DNA of 64,000 nucleotides from Octopus bimaculoides (taxonomy: Eukaryota). Shown one piece after another: positions 12,950 to 25,785 of the stretch (positions within the stretch are counted from its first letter, which is position 1; every line of letters begins with the position of its first letter). The translations under genes were made by a program, and so were the position numbers. Under the pieces are notes generated by a model, which worked only from the letters and a program-made list of their open reading frames with translations, had not been told where the DNA came from and did not search any database. The DNA is taken from contig NC_068983.1 in the NCBI RefSeq assembly GCF_001194135.2, positions 18,709,484-18,773,483 of the forward strand, read 5' to 3'.

Positions 12950-13230
12950 GAATAATAGCAGAGTCGGATGGTAGTTCTTCCGATCAATTGCCATGTTGTT
13001 ATAAGGAAGAAAGACATGGTGTTTAGAGAGAATAGAAAGATGATGAGAAATTAAAGAAACGGTTTATGGATACCTTCCTAGGCAGCCCCTGTCTGGAATC
13101 CATATACGAACGATGTTATAAGAGCTTGGTGAGCCTACGATAGTGTGGTATACTAATGCATCCATTGTAAAAGCTTGTAATTTTCCGTTTTACTGCGACA
13201 TTTATATATTGCATTGGTCAGGCATAACCC
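12950..13230 (+). pseudogene. Degenerate OTU-like cysteine protease domain relic, probably transposon-derived
   Basis: Frameshifted IIAESDGS/FFRSIAMLL*G resembles the OTU DGxCxFRS(I/L)A motif with the Cys codon deleted. Downstream VWYTNASIVKACNF..CDIYIL resembles W.T..EI.A....L..DIY(V/I). Confidence 0.35.
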
Positions 13231-13619
13231 TTTCTGTGGTTTACATGCTTGTAGTGCCTTGTTCATAAGGAAGTGTTCGGTTTTGGTGTTTTTCTAATTT
13301 ATTATTAGTTTAAAATTCAGGTCGGTTTTGAATTTCCATTTAACGAGAGTTTAAGTTATATTTTGTTTTGTTCAATAATTTTCTGCTATCGTAATGCAAT
13401 GCCAAACTCAACATGAAAAAAAATACACACCAACAGCATAAGTCGGAACTAACATAAAAACTCAACAGTAGAATATTTGGTCGATACAAAGGAATCAACA
13501 TTTGTTTACTGACGTATGGAGCTAACGATCAGAAAAAGCTTTTAACCAGTATGTATAAAGCAAAACAGACGACAAGTATTTTAACCTCTTAATAATGACA
13601 CTAGGATTGCCTGATAACA

Positions 13620-14000
13620 TCCAATCTGAATTTAGGAAATTTGTTGTTTCAGAATAGAACAAATATCAGTAAAATATAAAACATAAAGTTTAAAACGGGA
13701 AAGCATCCTTGTACTTCATGAATCATGTGTGTTTTTGTGTGTCTTTCCGTTTTCTGAACTGTAGGAAATGGTTTTAGGTCTGACTGCTATTCCTAACATA
13801 TAAAGCGACTGACTTGAAGATATTGTCATTATGCTACGGAAGGTGGGCTGACGAATATCACCGCAGATATAAACATATATCATCCATACGGTTCTATCAT
13901 GTGTTCCACTCCAGCTCTCCAACATATTTAAGTACAATGCGAATTTTACCTCTATTTCTTCCTAAGTATATTTTCATCTTCCCTTTATCCTCTTCTTCTC
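13620..14000 (-). mobile_element. Possible degenerate Penelope-like RT remnant
   Basis: Minus-strand VKFALYLN (cf. G.KFAP.YAN), VWMIYVYI (cf. W.RYVDDI) and GKTHKNTHDS (cf. KPTHT..YLH.DS) occur in the expected order. The catalytic DD is not preserved. Confidence 0.3.
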
Positions 14001-14129
14001 GCCTTCCATCAACTCACAATTCATAATGGTAATTCAGAATGTCACACATTACTTTCTTAAATTTCTAAGCTCTTAATATTCACTTTTTTGTGTTTAATTA
14101 TTAATAAATACGTTGTCATAAGTTTCATA

Positions 14130-14300
14130 AATTTCACCGTCGTCGTAGCCATCGTCAACGTGATACCCACCACCACACTCATTATCATCGTAACCATCAT
14201 CATCATCATGACCACACCAGCAGCAGCAGCAGCAGCAGAACCACCACCACCACCATCACCATCAACAACAATAAAATCAGCATCATCATCATTATCAACT
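14130..14300. repeat. Compound CAN/CCN trinucleotide tract (CAT, CAG, CAC, CAA)
   Basis: Read directly; its ORF translation is low-complexity only. Confidence 0.85.
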
Positions 14301-14949
14301 CAGTCCGTTAATTGACATATCAATTCTAACTCATATTGCCTTTGTCAAACAATTATACATAGAAAATGAAGGGATAATTTCATAGAAATCATACACGTCA
14401 CAATACATATTTTAATTAATTTAATGCCGGCCGAGAGATGCAAACTCCATCAGTATAGTTATTATCACATCATATTGAATTTCATTTCGCGTTTGTTATT
14501 CTGCTTCATTTTGACAGAAAAACAGATTCTGTAGATTTAATTTTCAAGATTTTACTAATCTTCCATCTCGTTATTGAATTATTACTTCAATGTAATCATT
14601 CCAATGATTTCAATTATCCACCCACTCACACATGTTCAATAATATCTTAAGAATACTTTTCCTGCAATTTATTTATGTAAATTATATCAATGGTAGTCTA
14701 CGAAATATGGGAATTTCATTTAAAACGTTTATCTTAATTAATTGCATGCAAGTATAGATAAGTGCGCCGGATTTACTCCACTCTATAAAATTTCTATTAT
14801 TATCGGTACTTCAACAGCGTTTTAATTTTTCATATAATATAGCTAATCAATTTGCATATCGTATTTCGGTGTATTTGTCTTGTATTACACAATAACTCAC
14901 ATATCATATGCATACACACACATAATTATATATATATACTGTGTATATA

Positions 14950-14955
14950 TCTATG

Positions 14956-14999
<44 letters not shown>

Positions 15000-15081
15000 C
15001 CTCTCTCTCTCTCTCTCCATCTATCTACCTCTCTCTCTCTCTCTGTATCTATCTACCTCTCTCTCTCTCTCNNNNNNNNNN

Positions 15082-15128
<47 letters not shown>
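14950..15128. repeat. (TATC)n-(CT)n-(TA)n compound microsatellite with a 10-N gap
   Basis: Read directly. Confidence 0.9.
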
Positions 15129-15131
<3 letters not shown>

Positions 15132-16262
15132 AATGTATTTATCACTTTCGCTTTCAAGCCGATTTCCTGGCTTGCAACGAAAATAGAATAATCTTAATCA
15201 GGCAGTTACCGTTGAGACTTAAGATGATAAAGAATGGAATTCTCAGTTTCAATCAGATGTCGTATTTTCTTCAATGAAATTATGTTAGATAATAACTATT
15301 GATAAGAATTCTTGTTTAAAAGTAGTTAAAATAAAATGATGCACTCCAGATAATCAATATTTTACATGCAGCACATCGCAAGCTATTTGACTTACGGCGA
15401 TACACGATTCATATTTGCGCAATCTATGAAATAATTATTACAAGACATATCAGTATAAAACATCGGTCCATATGGAATGCTGCAGGGAACAGACGCAATA
15501 CATTCAATAGGTTGGTGTATTCAAAAATATAAAATCTCACTTCTCTCCACACGTAATTAGGCGGCGTTGAATTGTTGAAACATCATAATTATCACAATTA
15601 CCATTTAAAATGGTATTAATTATCAATGTCATGATTATCGTCACTGATATGGTTTTGTATTCCAGACGCAATGCTGTGTACATATATAGACGTGTGTCTG
15701 TTTACAGCGTTTTCTCAGACTACACCAGGAAAGCATTGAAAACAAGAAGCCCACAAGAAATTGAAGTAAACTAGTTTGGGAATGATATAAATTAATGAAG
15801 TATATAGACTTCTTAATTACGTTTCCAGATATAGTATTAAAATAAACATATATCACACTGGGGCACGACTGCTTTTCTGGTGATTGGTGCCGTTCATATC
15901 AACCAGGATATTAGTGAGGAGTAAATACAAAACATAAACTTTAATTTCATGAGTTTATACACGCGCTACAAAAATCCAAAAGCTGCATTATTTTATGTTC
16001 AAATCGCTAAATCGGTTCATTTCTGTTAAGTGAACACAACATGTACCTCCGCTTTTCTGAATGCAGGATAATATCACTTTTCTTTTCATCTTTTTACGAT
16101 AGAAATTGTTGGTGTGGAATATTTTACGACATGCATCTCAAATATTCATTTGTTTGGGGCTAAGAGTTGTTCCAAGCTTTGACTTTACCAGATGACATTT
16201 ATAAATGCCTAGGCGCATTTTGCTACGTCTTTCACTTCTGTTATTACATTGCATTTGCCTGG

Positions 16263-16441
<179 letters not shown>

Positions 16442-16699
16442 TTCTAGTTGGTACATCTTCCTTAGATACACTTCTAGGTATGTTGATAACTACTACATCT
16501 CTTCTGTTGTAATTACATATACTTGCTGCTTTAGAAACCGAGATAGATTTACATTAAGCTCTATTCACTATATTGGATGATATAGTTTCCCATATACGAG
16601 GCAGGAAATACAGGAGTGTGTAACTCTTATCGACTCCAAAATACGAGACAGAGTTGGTGTCTTATTGAAACATATACTTAACAACCTCTTAGCCTGCCA

Positions 16700-18170
16700 A
16701 TATTTCGGCCAATTACATCACTTTGAACGCTGTATTTCGACTCATCATAATCTGTACTGGTAATTTCTAGCTGGACATCTGAAGAGAAATACGATGTTGT
16801 CGGATGATGTCTGCAGTGTTTACAATTATAATGGCAGCATACTACAGTGATATTTGAAATTGCCCTTTATTGTTGGTGAAGAAGCGAAAACGATGTAACT
16901 GCCGATGCAGTTCACGATTTCAAAGAGGCAATTGGGATCAGTCCTAGGTATTTGTGGTGATTCGATCTGCAACCTGGAACTACTGATATGTTGGGAGATA
17001 TACACTGATTGCAAATACCACAGCCAGTAAAAAACAGCTGTAATACCCATTTTATCAAACCAGAGTCTACTTTGTGGGGATACAATGAAAGAAAATCTGC
17101 TTTCTGAGAAGCCGGAGACATGTTTCATCCCTTATCCAATAATTCAGTAATCAGAATTTCGGTCAAAAGGTATTTAATTAAGAAACTTAGGTTCTTTCTT
17201 CCAGCCTGACAACACAAGTACATTGCAACCGCGTAGATGAAGCTGAGATTGAAAAACTGCAAAATACCGAGGCATGCCAAAAGAAATAAAACTAGGCATA
17301 AATTAATGACATTAACGAAAGCTCCTGAGGGTGTTAAAGAATATGAAATTCACGGTTCTTCTGTAGATGATATGATGACGCGTAAGTATTAAGGCATCGT
17401 GGAGAGAACGTAGTGAGTATTAGTGAGAGGTTTAGACGATGGGCTGCTGTTGAAGATAATTTTGACAGAGCAGATGAGGACAACATTTAGTTATCCTCCA
17501 TTGCTACTTGGCAGCTCAAAATTTCGTCAACTACATAAGAGGCTATATGTACTCTAACTCCACACAGATTTCTACTGATATTAACCCCCTATCACATTTC
17601 TTTCTAGGTAAATATTGTCTTGCTTCTTCTACTTTTGGATGAAGTCCTCCATTCCTATCGAATTTACTCCTGATTCTTCTGTCTAGATTTGCTAATTCAG
17701 ATATTGTGCAATCTACAAAAAGTGCTGATATCTATGTAATGATACTGCCAAGTATTTACAGGCTTAACTAGATTGGGACCATTTAACGTTGACTTCATTA
17801 GCTTTCTCACCCTCTCTTCTGATGTGCTACTTTTCAATGTTCTCTTTCATTTCTATAGTTAGTACTCTGTCAGTTTCTAATATTCCTAGATACTTATAAC
17901 TTTATTTTTCTTTCAATAGTTGTTTGTCCATCTGGTAAATGGATGCCTTCGTTGTAGACTACCTGCCCCTTCTTTATGATTAATGTCACGCACTTAACGA
18001 TGCCAGATTTCGAACCTGTATCTTTGTTGAAATGTTTTACAGCTTGTGTTAAAGAATCTTGGTGAGCCTTACAGTTTGTATTAAAAAATCTTAAAGAGTC
18101 TTGAAATAAGCATGAACCTTGATGTTACTTCAGAATTTCCAGAAACCTTATTCTGCTTAAATTCAGACGA
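16700..18170 (-). mobile_element. Old, degenerate R4-clade LINE (RT C-terminal half to REL end) on the minus strand
   Basis: Minus-strand LFQDSL (FMDD-like); DSLTQAVKHFNKDTGSKSGIVKC; YKYLGILETD (forward 17884-17898); ELANLDRRIR..GGLHPK...YLPRKKCDRGLISVE; DET..VSG; ISVVP...LGLIP; AAII.NTADIIR. Confidence 0.75.
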
Positions 18171-18419
18171 CATTAACATTTTGGTTTTCTCTTTTTGATA
18201 TTCAACCGTTTAATTTGAGCAGTTGAAGTTCGGAAGGTTGAATTAATATAATAATTTTGCGATTGTCTCTCGTAAATGGTTCAATTGTCATCAGGATATC
18301 TTTATATTTCCATACGTCAATTTATTTTGAACTATACAGACTTTAGCATCAAACATACATTTTTAAAGAAACATATCTTAATAGTGTATTCTGTTATAAT
18401 ATATCCCTTCCTAAGGCTA

Positions 18420-18572
18420 CGAGATGCTAGAACTGTTACCGAGACCGGCAAAATGTTTGGGGCGTCATTCCTTCGAATTTTTATAAAATCAGTAGCAGCT
18501 GAACACTGGTACTTATTACATCGACTTACACTTTACCTAAATTTGCTTGCCTTGTGGCAAAATTTGAAATCA
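18420..18572 (+). mobile_element. Highly degenerate tRNA-SINE copy
   Basis: Residual head (GCTAGAACTGTTAC..GGCAAAATG), core (CAG.TGAACACTGG..ATCGACTTA) and tail (GCCTTGTGGCAAAATTTGAAA). Confidence 0.55.
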
Positions 18573-19017
18573 ATATGTTCTCCAACTGCTATTTTCTTAG
18601 ATTTATTGCTTCATAAGAATCAAATAAATAACATACAAAGCTCGAGAGACACTAGTTGCACGGCGATGATGCAAAATGTACGTCCAAGTTACACTTGGTA
18701 TCACATCGTTATTACAGACTTCAGGAATTTCAAACTTGCATTCAAATGGAAAGTTTTGTTGTTGATGAAGGTAAGTCTTGCGGAAAAGAGATGGATATAA
18801 CCTAAAAATGAAGTTCAAAACAAACAACTAGTATGTGCAACTAATTGGAAATTATGATCTGTAGAATGTGAAAGAAGGAAAACTTTCTTCAATTTCAGTA
18901 ATTATATTTTCAAATGATATTAAAAGTTCAGAATGTACGTGTACACATACAAGCCGAGTAAAATAATTACATTTCTTTATAACCACACTAACACATCTCA
19001 TATATATATATAAAGAG

Positions 19018-19050
<33 letters not shown>

Positions 19051-20234
19051 GAGAAGGAGATTTATGCATACATATAATTATGTATGTATGTATGTATGTA
19101 CGTATGTATGCATGTAGATACATATATGTATATATGTGTGCGTATAAGTATGTATGTGTGCATGCTTATATATTTTAGGTTTTAATTGTATGTTAGTGGA
19201 TAACACTTTTAAATATAAATGCTATTTTAAATCCTCACCAAGGTCCCTATCCAGCATATAAGTAGGATTCGTATTCACGAGCTTGTCTCTTGCTGTTGGC
19301 GCAACAATATTCACTAATTGCATTCATCCAATGATTGATATTAGTTATGACTCGACACGTACAGAGAAATGGCAATTGGTTGTACAATCAAATTCCTTTT
19401 GCTTTTAATATCATTATACGAATTTATTTAGACTTGTTTACAGTGTCAACATAGCAATGAATAATTTTAATTGCATCAATTCATTCTGATGGACCAGGGC
19501 TGATCTAGTCAGAGCTAAATTTATATTGATGTTGTAATCATAGATTTACTTTATTTTGTATTTTGTTATACTCTGCCTTAGCTGAAATGTAGTAAATGGA
19601 ATCGTTGTTGTTGTTGTTACTGTAGTGAATAGTATGGTTATTAGACATTTTCTTTCCTATTTACAATTGTTTTGTTTTTTTACGTGGATTTTATACACTT
19701 TAACCGCATTTATCTTGATTTCTATTTGGCTTATTTCTTAATGTATTTTGAACTACTCTCGTTAAGAAAAAAAAATCTAAAATATGCAAATATATTGAGC
19801 ACAAATTTTTGATTGGGTTGTTACATTTTATTTCATTTATATTCATATAAATATTTTTATGAAGATAGGTTTACATTAAACACTGGTTTGAATATTTTTC
19901 TTAAATGTCAATAAACTATAGAGGTTGCAAATTACAATTCTGAAAAGTAAATGACATCTTATAAGAATCACGTGCATACTTACTCATTTACACATGGTTT
20001 TGTATATAGGCGTCAGCAATATCGTGCGATTCACCAAATATGCTACAGACACTAGAAATAATCTCAATGGTTGATACATATTAGCATATATCTGTTTAGA
20101 ATTTCAATAAAGTTCCATATATGTAAGTAAATTAAAAATCGTAAGCACTATATGTGGTTATGTGTATACGCCCTTTTCCGTATTTATAGATACATACACA
20201 GATAGAGACACTGGTCTATGAAGAGATAGATACA

Positions 20235-21757
20235 TTTCTTTTATTAACCACATAGGGCTCAACAAAGATGGGACGAATACAATGTAGAGCTTTTCTTTTT
20301 AGGAGGGGGAAGGAAGAGAAAAAAAAGTAGGGGTGGGTGTCGATCAAAAGGGATCGTAGGAAGGAAAAAAGGGGGGAGTTCGATCAAAAGGGACCGACAG
20401 AAAAAAAAAGAAAAAAGCGATCAATAAGGATCGTGTATCACAGTAATGTTCTCGTGTAAAAAGAGGGGAGGACAGTTTAGGTTTAACCGTGGAAAGAAAA
20501 GCATACGGAAATGACCACGGTAACCTTGATCAATATTGTAATTGCAGAAACTATAACAGTAAGTGACTCTCTTTTGCCTTTTTGTTTTTTGTCTGGATAT
20601 TTTTTTTTTACTCCTTTATAGTGTTATGCTCAAGGTGGCTCCGTCATTCACACGTGCCATTCTTGCTACATTCACCCATCTTTTTTTGAAGCATTCACTA
20701 GACAAAACGTCCCTTTCTACTCTCACCTTCCTCTTCAGATGATACCTGAAGAAGTTGATGAGAGATTGCCCAGAGAGGAGAGTCTTTGTCTCTAGACTTT
20801 TCAGACGCGTCCACCATACACATTCTTTCACCATAGCCACAAGTACGATGAAAATAGCTCTTCCTTCCCGTTTAAAGGAAGGAGGCGCGACAATNNNNNN
20901 NNNNNNNNNNNNNNNNNNNNNNNNNNNNNNNNNNNNNNNNNNNNNNNNNNNNNNNNNNNNNNNNNNNNNNNNNNNNNNNNNNNNNNNNNNNNNNNNNNNN
21001 NNNNNNNNNNNNNNNNNNNNNNNNNNNNNNNNNNNNNNNNNNNNNNNNNNNNNNNNNNNNNNNNNNNNNNNNNNNNNNNNNNNNNNNNNNNNNNNNNNNN
21101 NNNNNNNNNNNNNNNNNNNNNNNNNNNNNNNNNNNNNNNNNNNNNNNNNNNNNNNNNNNNNNNNNNNNNNNNNNNNNNNNNNNNNNNNNNNNNNNNNNNN
21201 NNNNNNNNNNNNNNNNNNNNNNNNNNNNNNNNNNNNNNNNNNNNNNNNNNNNNNNNNNNNNNNNNNNNNNNNNNNNNNNGGAAAGCGCGCCGCACAAACG
21301 GCGACCACACCTGTTCACCGCTGTCTACGTAGAGCCGGAGATGTCGCAGTCTCAGCGCGTGTCTGCGCATCATCAACCACGACATGCCCAGTCCTCCTTT
21401 TAACGGGTGTTGGCAGCAAACGGATCGCCTAACCATCGGAACACTTCCTTTCCACAAGAAGCGGAAGAGGATGCGCTCCAGCTTGGTGATGGTAGGGTCG
21501 GGACAAGGAACGTCGGTTAGGCGGTAGTAGATGACGGACGCGATGTACGTGTTCGCCACGTCCGCCCGACCTTTTAGGGAAAGCTTCCTCTCGGCCCATT
21601 GACGGGCTAGAATGGCCACCCTTCTCGTTATCTCGTCCCAGTTCTTCTCCGTTTGGAGGTCTGGACCAAACCAGACCCCGAGCAACTCAACCGGACCGTC
21701 AGTCCAACGTCCCACGACGGAGGCGCTGCTTGACGGCATGGGCTTGCTTCTCCAGGT
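20235..21757 (-). mobile_element. L1/Tx1-like LINE, 5'-truncated (RT thumb, C-terminus, 3' UTR, polyA signal)
   Basis: ORF 20828-21739: LLGVWFG...WAERKLSLKGRADVANTYIASVIYYRL...FRFLWKG..PMVRR...KGGLG is a typical L1/Tx1 thumb. The C-terminus ends at 20616. It has a pyrimidine-rich 3' UTR, AATAAA at 20240-20245 and an N-gap at 20895-21279. Confidence 0.88.
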
Positions 21758-21769
21758 TCATGTATCAAT

Positions 21770-21775
21770 AGATAA

Positions 21776-21840
<65 letters not shown>
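21770..21840. repeat. (GATA)n microsatellite between the two Tx1-like copies
   Basis: Read directly. Confidence 0.95.
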
Positions 21841-21930
21841 CAAATATATTGATTGGTAGATAGAGAGATACATACATGCATGTATGCATGCATACATACA
21901 CTGGTAGATAGGTATATAGGTAGATAGATA

Positions 21931-22480
21931 GTCAGCCGAGTCTATCATGAATATTGTTCCGCCACCTTCCTTTAAACGGGAAGGAAACACGGTTTTTGTA
22001 ACACTAATAGCTATGGCGGAGGAAAGTGTTGTCGAATGAAAGTTTCAATAGAACATGGGTAAATGTGGCAAGAATAGTAAGAATGAAAGACGACCCATTT
22101 TAAGCATATACTTGTACCAAAAAGAGACAAAAAGAGAGAAGGTACTTACTTTCATGTACCTTTTAAAAGAAAAGCCTGAGGTGACCGTGGTCTTTTCCGT
22201 AGGCTTTTCTCTCCACGGATAAACCTAATCTGTTCCCCGTTTTTTTTTTTTACATTGACTGTGATACACGATCCGTATTGATCGCCCCCTCCCTTTTTTT
22301 CCCGTGATCCCTTTCTGCGATCCCTTTTGATCGAAATCGCCCCTTTTTTTCCGCGATCCCTTTTGATCGAAATTACCCCCCCTTTCCCCTACAAAGAAAT
22401 GCTCTACATTGTATTTTGTCCATGTTCTGTATTTAGCCCTGTGTGGCTATAATAAAAAGATATCTATCTATCTATCTATC
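21931..22480 (+). mobile_element. Second Tx1-like 3' fragment, same family, opposite orientation, internally deleted, ending in a (TATC)5 tail
   Basis: IVPPPSFKREG matches IVAPPSFKREG of the minus copy. About 110 bp of ORF is missing. The 3' UTR is homologous, with AATAAA at 22451-22456 and (TATC)n at 22461-22480. Confidence 0.88.
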
Positions 22481-22738
22481 GAACTATGTATCAGTTTGTA
22501 TATGTAATGTATATCTGTATTTGGCACAGCCATGACTTGGAAAATATTATAACCTAGTAACACATAACTTGCCACAGCGTATCATCTTGAAAGTGAAAGT
22601 TTGTTCGTAAATCGGCATTGGTGTGGACTGCATTTTCATGTAGGTAACATGCAGCACAATTAAATAACATACCTCACTCAAAGAGAAAAGGGGCCTCCTG
22701 GTCCAGAAATCGAATCTATGAATTTATATTCTTGACCC

Positions 22739-22802
<64 letters not shown>

Positions 22803-23820
22803 TTGTGTGTGCGTGCGCGTGTGTGTTTGTGTATGTGTGTGCCTCTGTGTATGTATTTATGCATGGTTAGCTGGATGGATGAGTGATTGGCAGCTCGGTG
22901 GCTAGATTGATATATGCATGCATATTTTTTTCTGTAGAATATAAATTATTTTACCATGTTAAAATGAAATTTCAAAGTTAGTTGTGTTTTATTTTTTACG
23001 AAACAAGAAATTTCACTTTAGCCTTTTAATATTCAAGGTGTTTATCTTACTGTTTCCAGATGTCATAAATTGAGCATGATATTATTCGTTATAATATAAG
23101 AATGCCAATCTGTCATAATTTATGTGCTTGACGAGACATTCTCGTGACAAGATTCTATATAAAATGAATGGAGAAAAAAATCGCAGTGGTTATATAACTA
23201 TACAAGGCTCCGTACATAAATCATTTAAATGTACAACTATGTTTGATAAATGAATCTTACTATGTAAATTCGCTAAATCAGGAGGAAATATAGAAAAACA
23301 AACAACTGACATAATATATAAAACCCATTTCATAATCACAAGACATATATGATAGTTAATGAATTCTGCCTTGAAATATTGTTTAGCTTTCGTATGTGAT
23401 ATCTCTGTTATTTTGTTTCTCCAGCAAATTCATATATTGAATGTGATTTTCCATTCGCTGTTCTATTTCCGCTTTAATATGTCATTTGTATTCATACTGT
23501 ATGTTCTCTCTTCTGTTATAATTACAAGAGAAAGTGAAAACACTTTCTTAGAAACAACAGCTATTAATCATATTCATTTTGCTCGAAATATTTATGTCCC
23601 CCTCTTAATCTTCGCGTCATTATTTCCGTAATATTCACCCTTTAGATATGCTACATGCAATGCAAGCAAATTATACCTATATATATATACAGTTATTGGC
23701 AGTTTTACTGAAAACCTATCTCAGATATTACCTTTTACATAAACACGCTTAAAATCACTGAAGCAGTTCTAGGTAATACGCTGCTGCACGGAGGAGGGTT
23801 AATGACATAGACGATAAACA

Positions 23821-23831
23821 CAAATAATAGC

Positions 23832-23888
<57 letters not shown>
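23821..23888. repeat. (AAT)n microsatellite with no recognisable insertion
   Basis: Read directly. Confidence 0.9.
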
Positions 23889-24284
23889 CTCCATCACATT
23901 TACATCATTCTGTCAAATCGCACTGTATTCTATATACTGACTGCTCCATTATTGTCATAGATTGAATAATGGAACACTGTTTTCTTCTCTTTTCTAATTC
24001 TCATTTCAGAATCTTCCTAGAGCACTTGCTAACGCAACGTTGAATAGTGCTGGAAATGACAGTATTTTATACATTCCATGCAGCTTGAGTGCTATTTGGT
24101 TATCTGCATATAAATATTGTTTCCATTAGCAAGCAAATAGCTTAACAAGAACATGAATTTTCTCAGACATGGATGAATGAAAATAATGTATATTAACAAC
24201 GTACGTTAATCCCTTTTCCGGCACTACTTCAACTATTACTGTCACAAATACTATTCGCTGTATTATTATTATTAACATTAAGAA

Positions 24285-24599
24285 AGCAGCGAGCTCGCAG
24301 AATCGTTAGCCCGCTGCGCATATCGCTAAGCCGCATTGCGTTCGTCTCCAAGTTCTGATTTCAAATTCTACCGAGGTCGATTTTGCCTTTCATGATTTCG
24401 AGATCGAGAAATTAAGTACCAGTGAATCACTGGGGTCGATGTAGATGTAATCGAATAGTCCCCTCCCCCAAACATTTCAAGCTTTATGCCTTTAGTAGAA
24501 ATGGTTATTATAATTATGGCAGCGAGCTCGCTGAAACGCTAGCACACCGGGAAAAATGCTTAGCGGCATTTCGTCCGTCTGTACGTTCTCGGTGCAAAT
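24285..24599 (+). mobile_element. tRNA-SINE full copy (24285-24507) followed by a second SINE head (24518-24599)
   Basis: Two consecutive GCAGCGAGCTCGC..AA.CG.TAGC heads; the first has a core and tail. Confidence 0.85.
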
Positions 24600-24639
24600 A
24601 TCAGCATTTCATCGTTGAATAAGTTCCAATTGAAAACTG

Positions 24640-25749
24640 CACTACTCAAGTCGTTTAACTCAGACATATTACCAGATATTTCCAAGACTGGAAAAGCACC
24701 CTTACAGTGAGTTCGATATAATAAACCAAAAAACCAGGCCGAAAATGTATTAAAGTATTCATGATTACATCTATTAGCTCAAGTATTGGCAAAATAGTAA
24801 TCATATATCCAGCATAAGAAGGAAGCCCTTGATTGATGCGGTAACTGTACCAACACCCGATTATAACTGTCTGGAATTTAGATAAACCAAATTTCTTCAT
24901 CATTTTGATCTGTAATCAGAAATGGAAATAATCACAAAAGGAACTTTATCCAAGTCAGACACTGGCTGACAGACCAGAATTGATTGTTATAGTACTTAAT
25001 ATGAAACTTAATATGAAAGTTTCCTAACATGATATTTTGGAGAAAAACTTTCTGAGAGAGATTGTATGGTACATAATGGCTATAGAGTTTCAAACGTTTC
25101 AAACCCCATTATCATATATTGCTCCTAGTAATAATAAAAAAAAAGAAAACAAAATAGTTAGATCCAGAACATAATGATAGATCTGTTTATGCAGAACTTG
25201 CAAATCCACAAACACAACCGATTCTATTTCAAAATGTCACGAAAATCATACTACATGGTCCATGTGGGGAAGGTAAATCCAATGCAAAATGCTTCATTGA
25301 TGGGAAATGTAAAAAAAAAACACATTTCTCTAAAGACTCTAAGGAAAGTATATTATGCAGTTATAATGGCTATTCACTTTAATGATATCGAAATGATGCA
25401 TCTGCGTTTACAACGTCAAATTAGACAATCGTTCACTAGTACCATATCCCCCTTTCCTTTTAGTCAAATATGGAAGCGATTGTAATGTAGTGATATGTAC
25501 ATTTGTAGATATTGGTTAAATATATTAGCAAGTACATTCATAAAGATGATGATTAAGTGACTGACAATGCATAAGTGGACAAACCAATGCATAACAAACA
25601 GAAACAGAAAAAGTAAATTGAAAATTATATTCATGGCCACTATATATGTTCATCAGACGCGGTTTGGAGGATTTGAGGTTTCAAATTGCATGGTACAATC
25701 TAACAGCCTTCGGTTTATTTACTCCAGCTGCATTACACTTACTTTCATT

Positions 25750-25785
<36 letters not shown>

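Noticed and set aside
18276-18800. 174-aa ORF
   Set aside because: It has AT-rich, non-protein-like composition, overlaps a degenerate SINE, and shows no motif.
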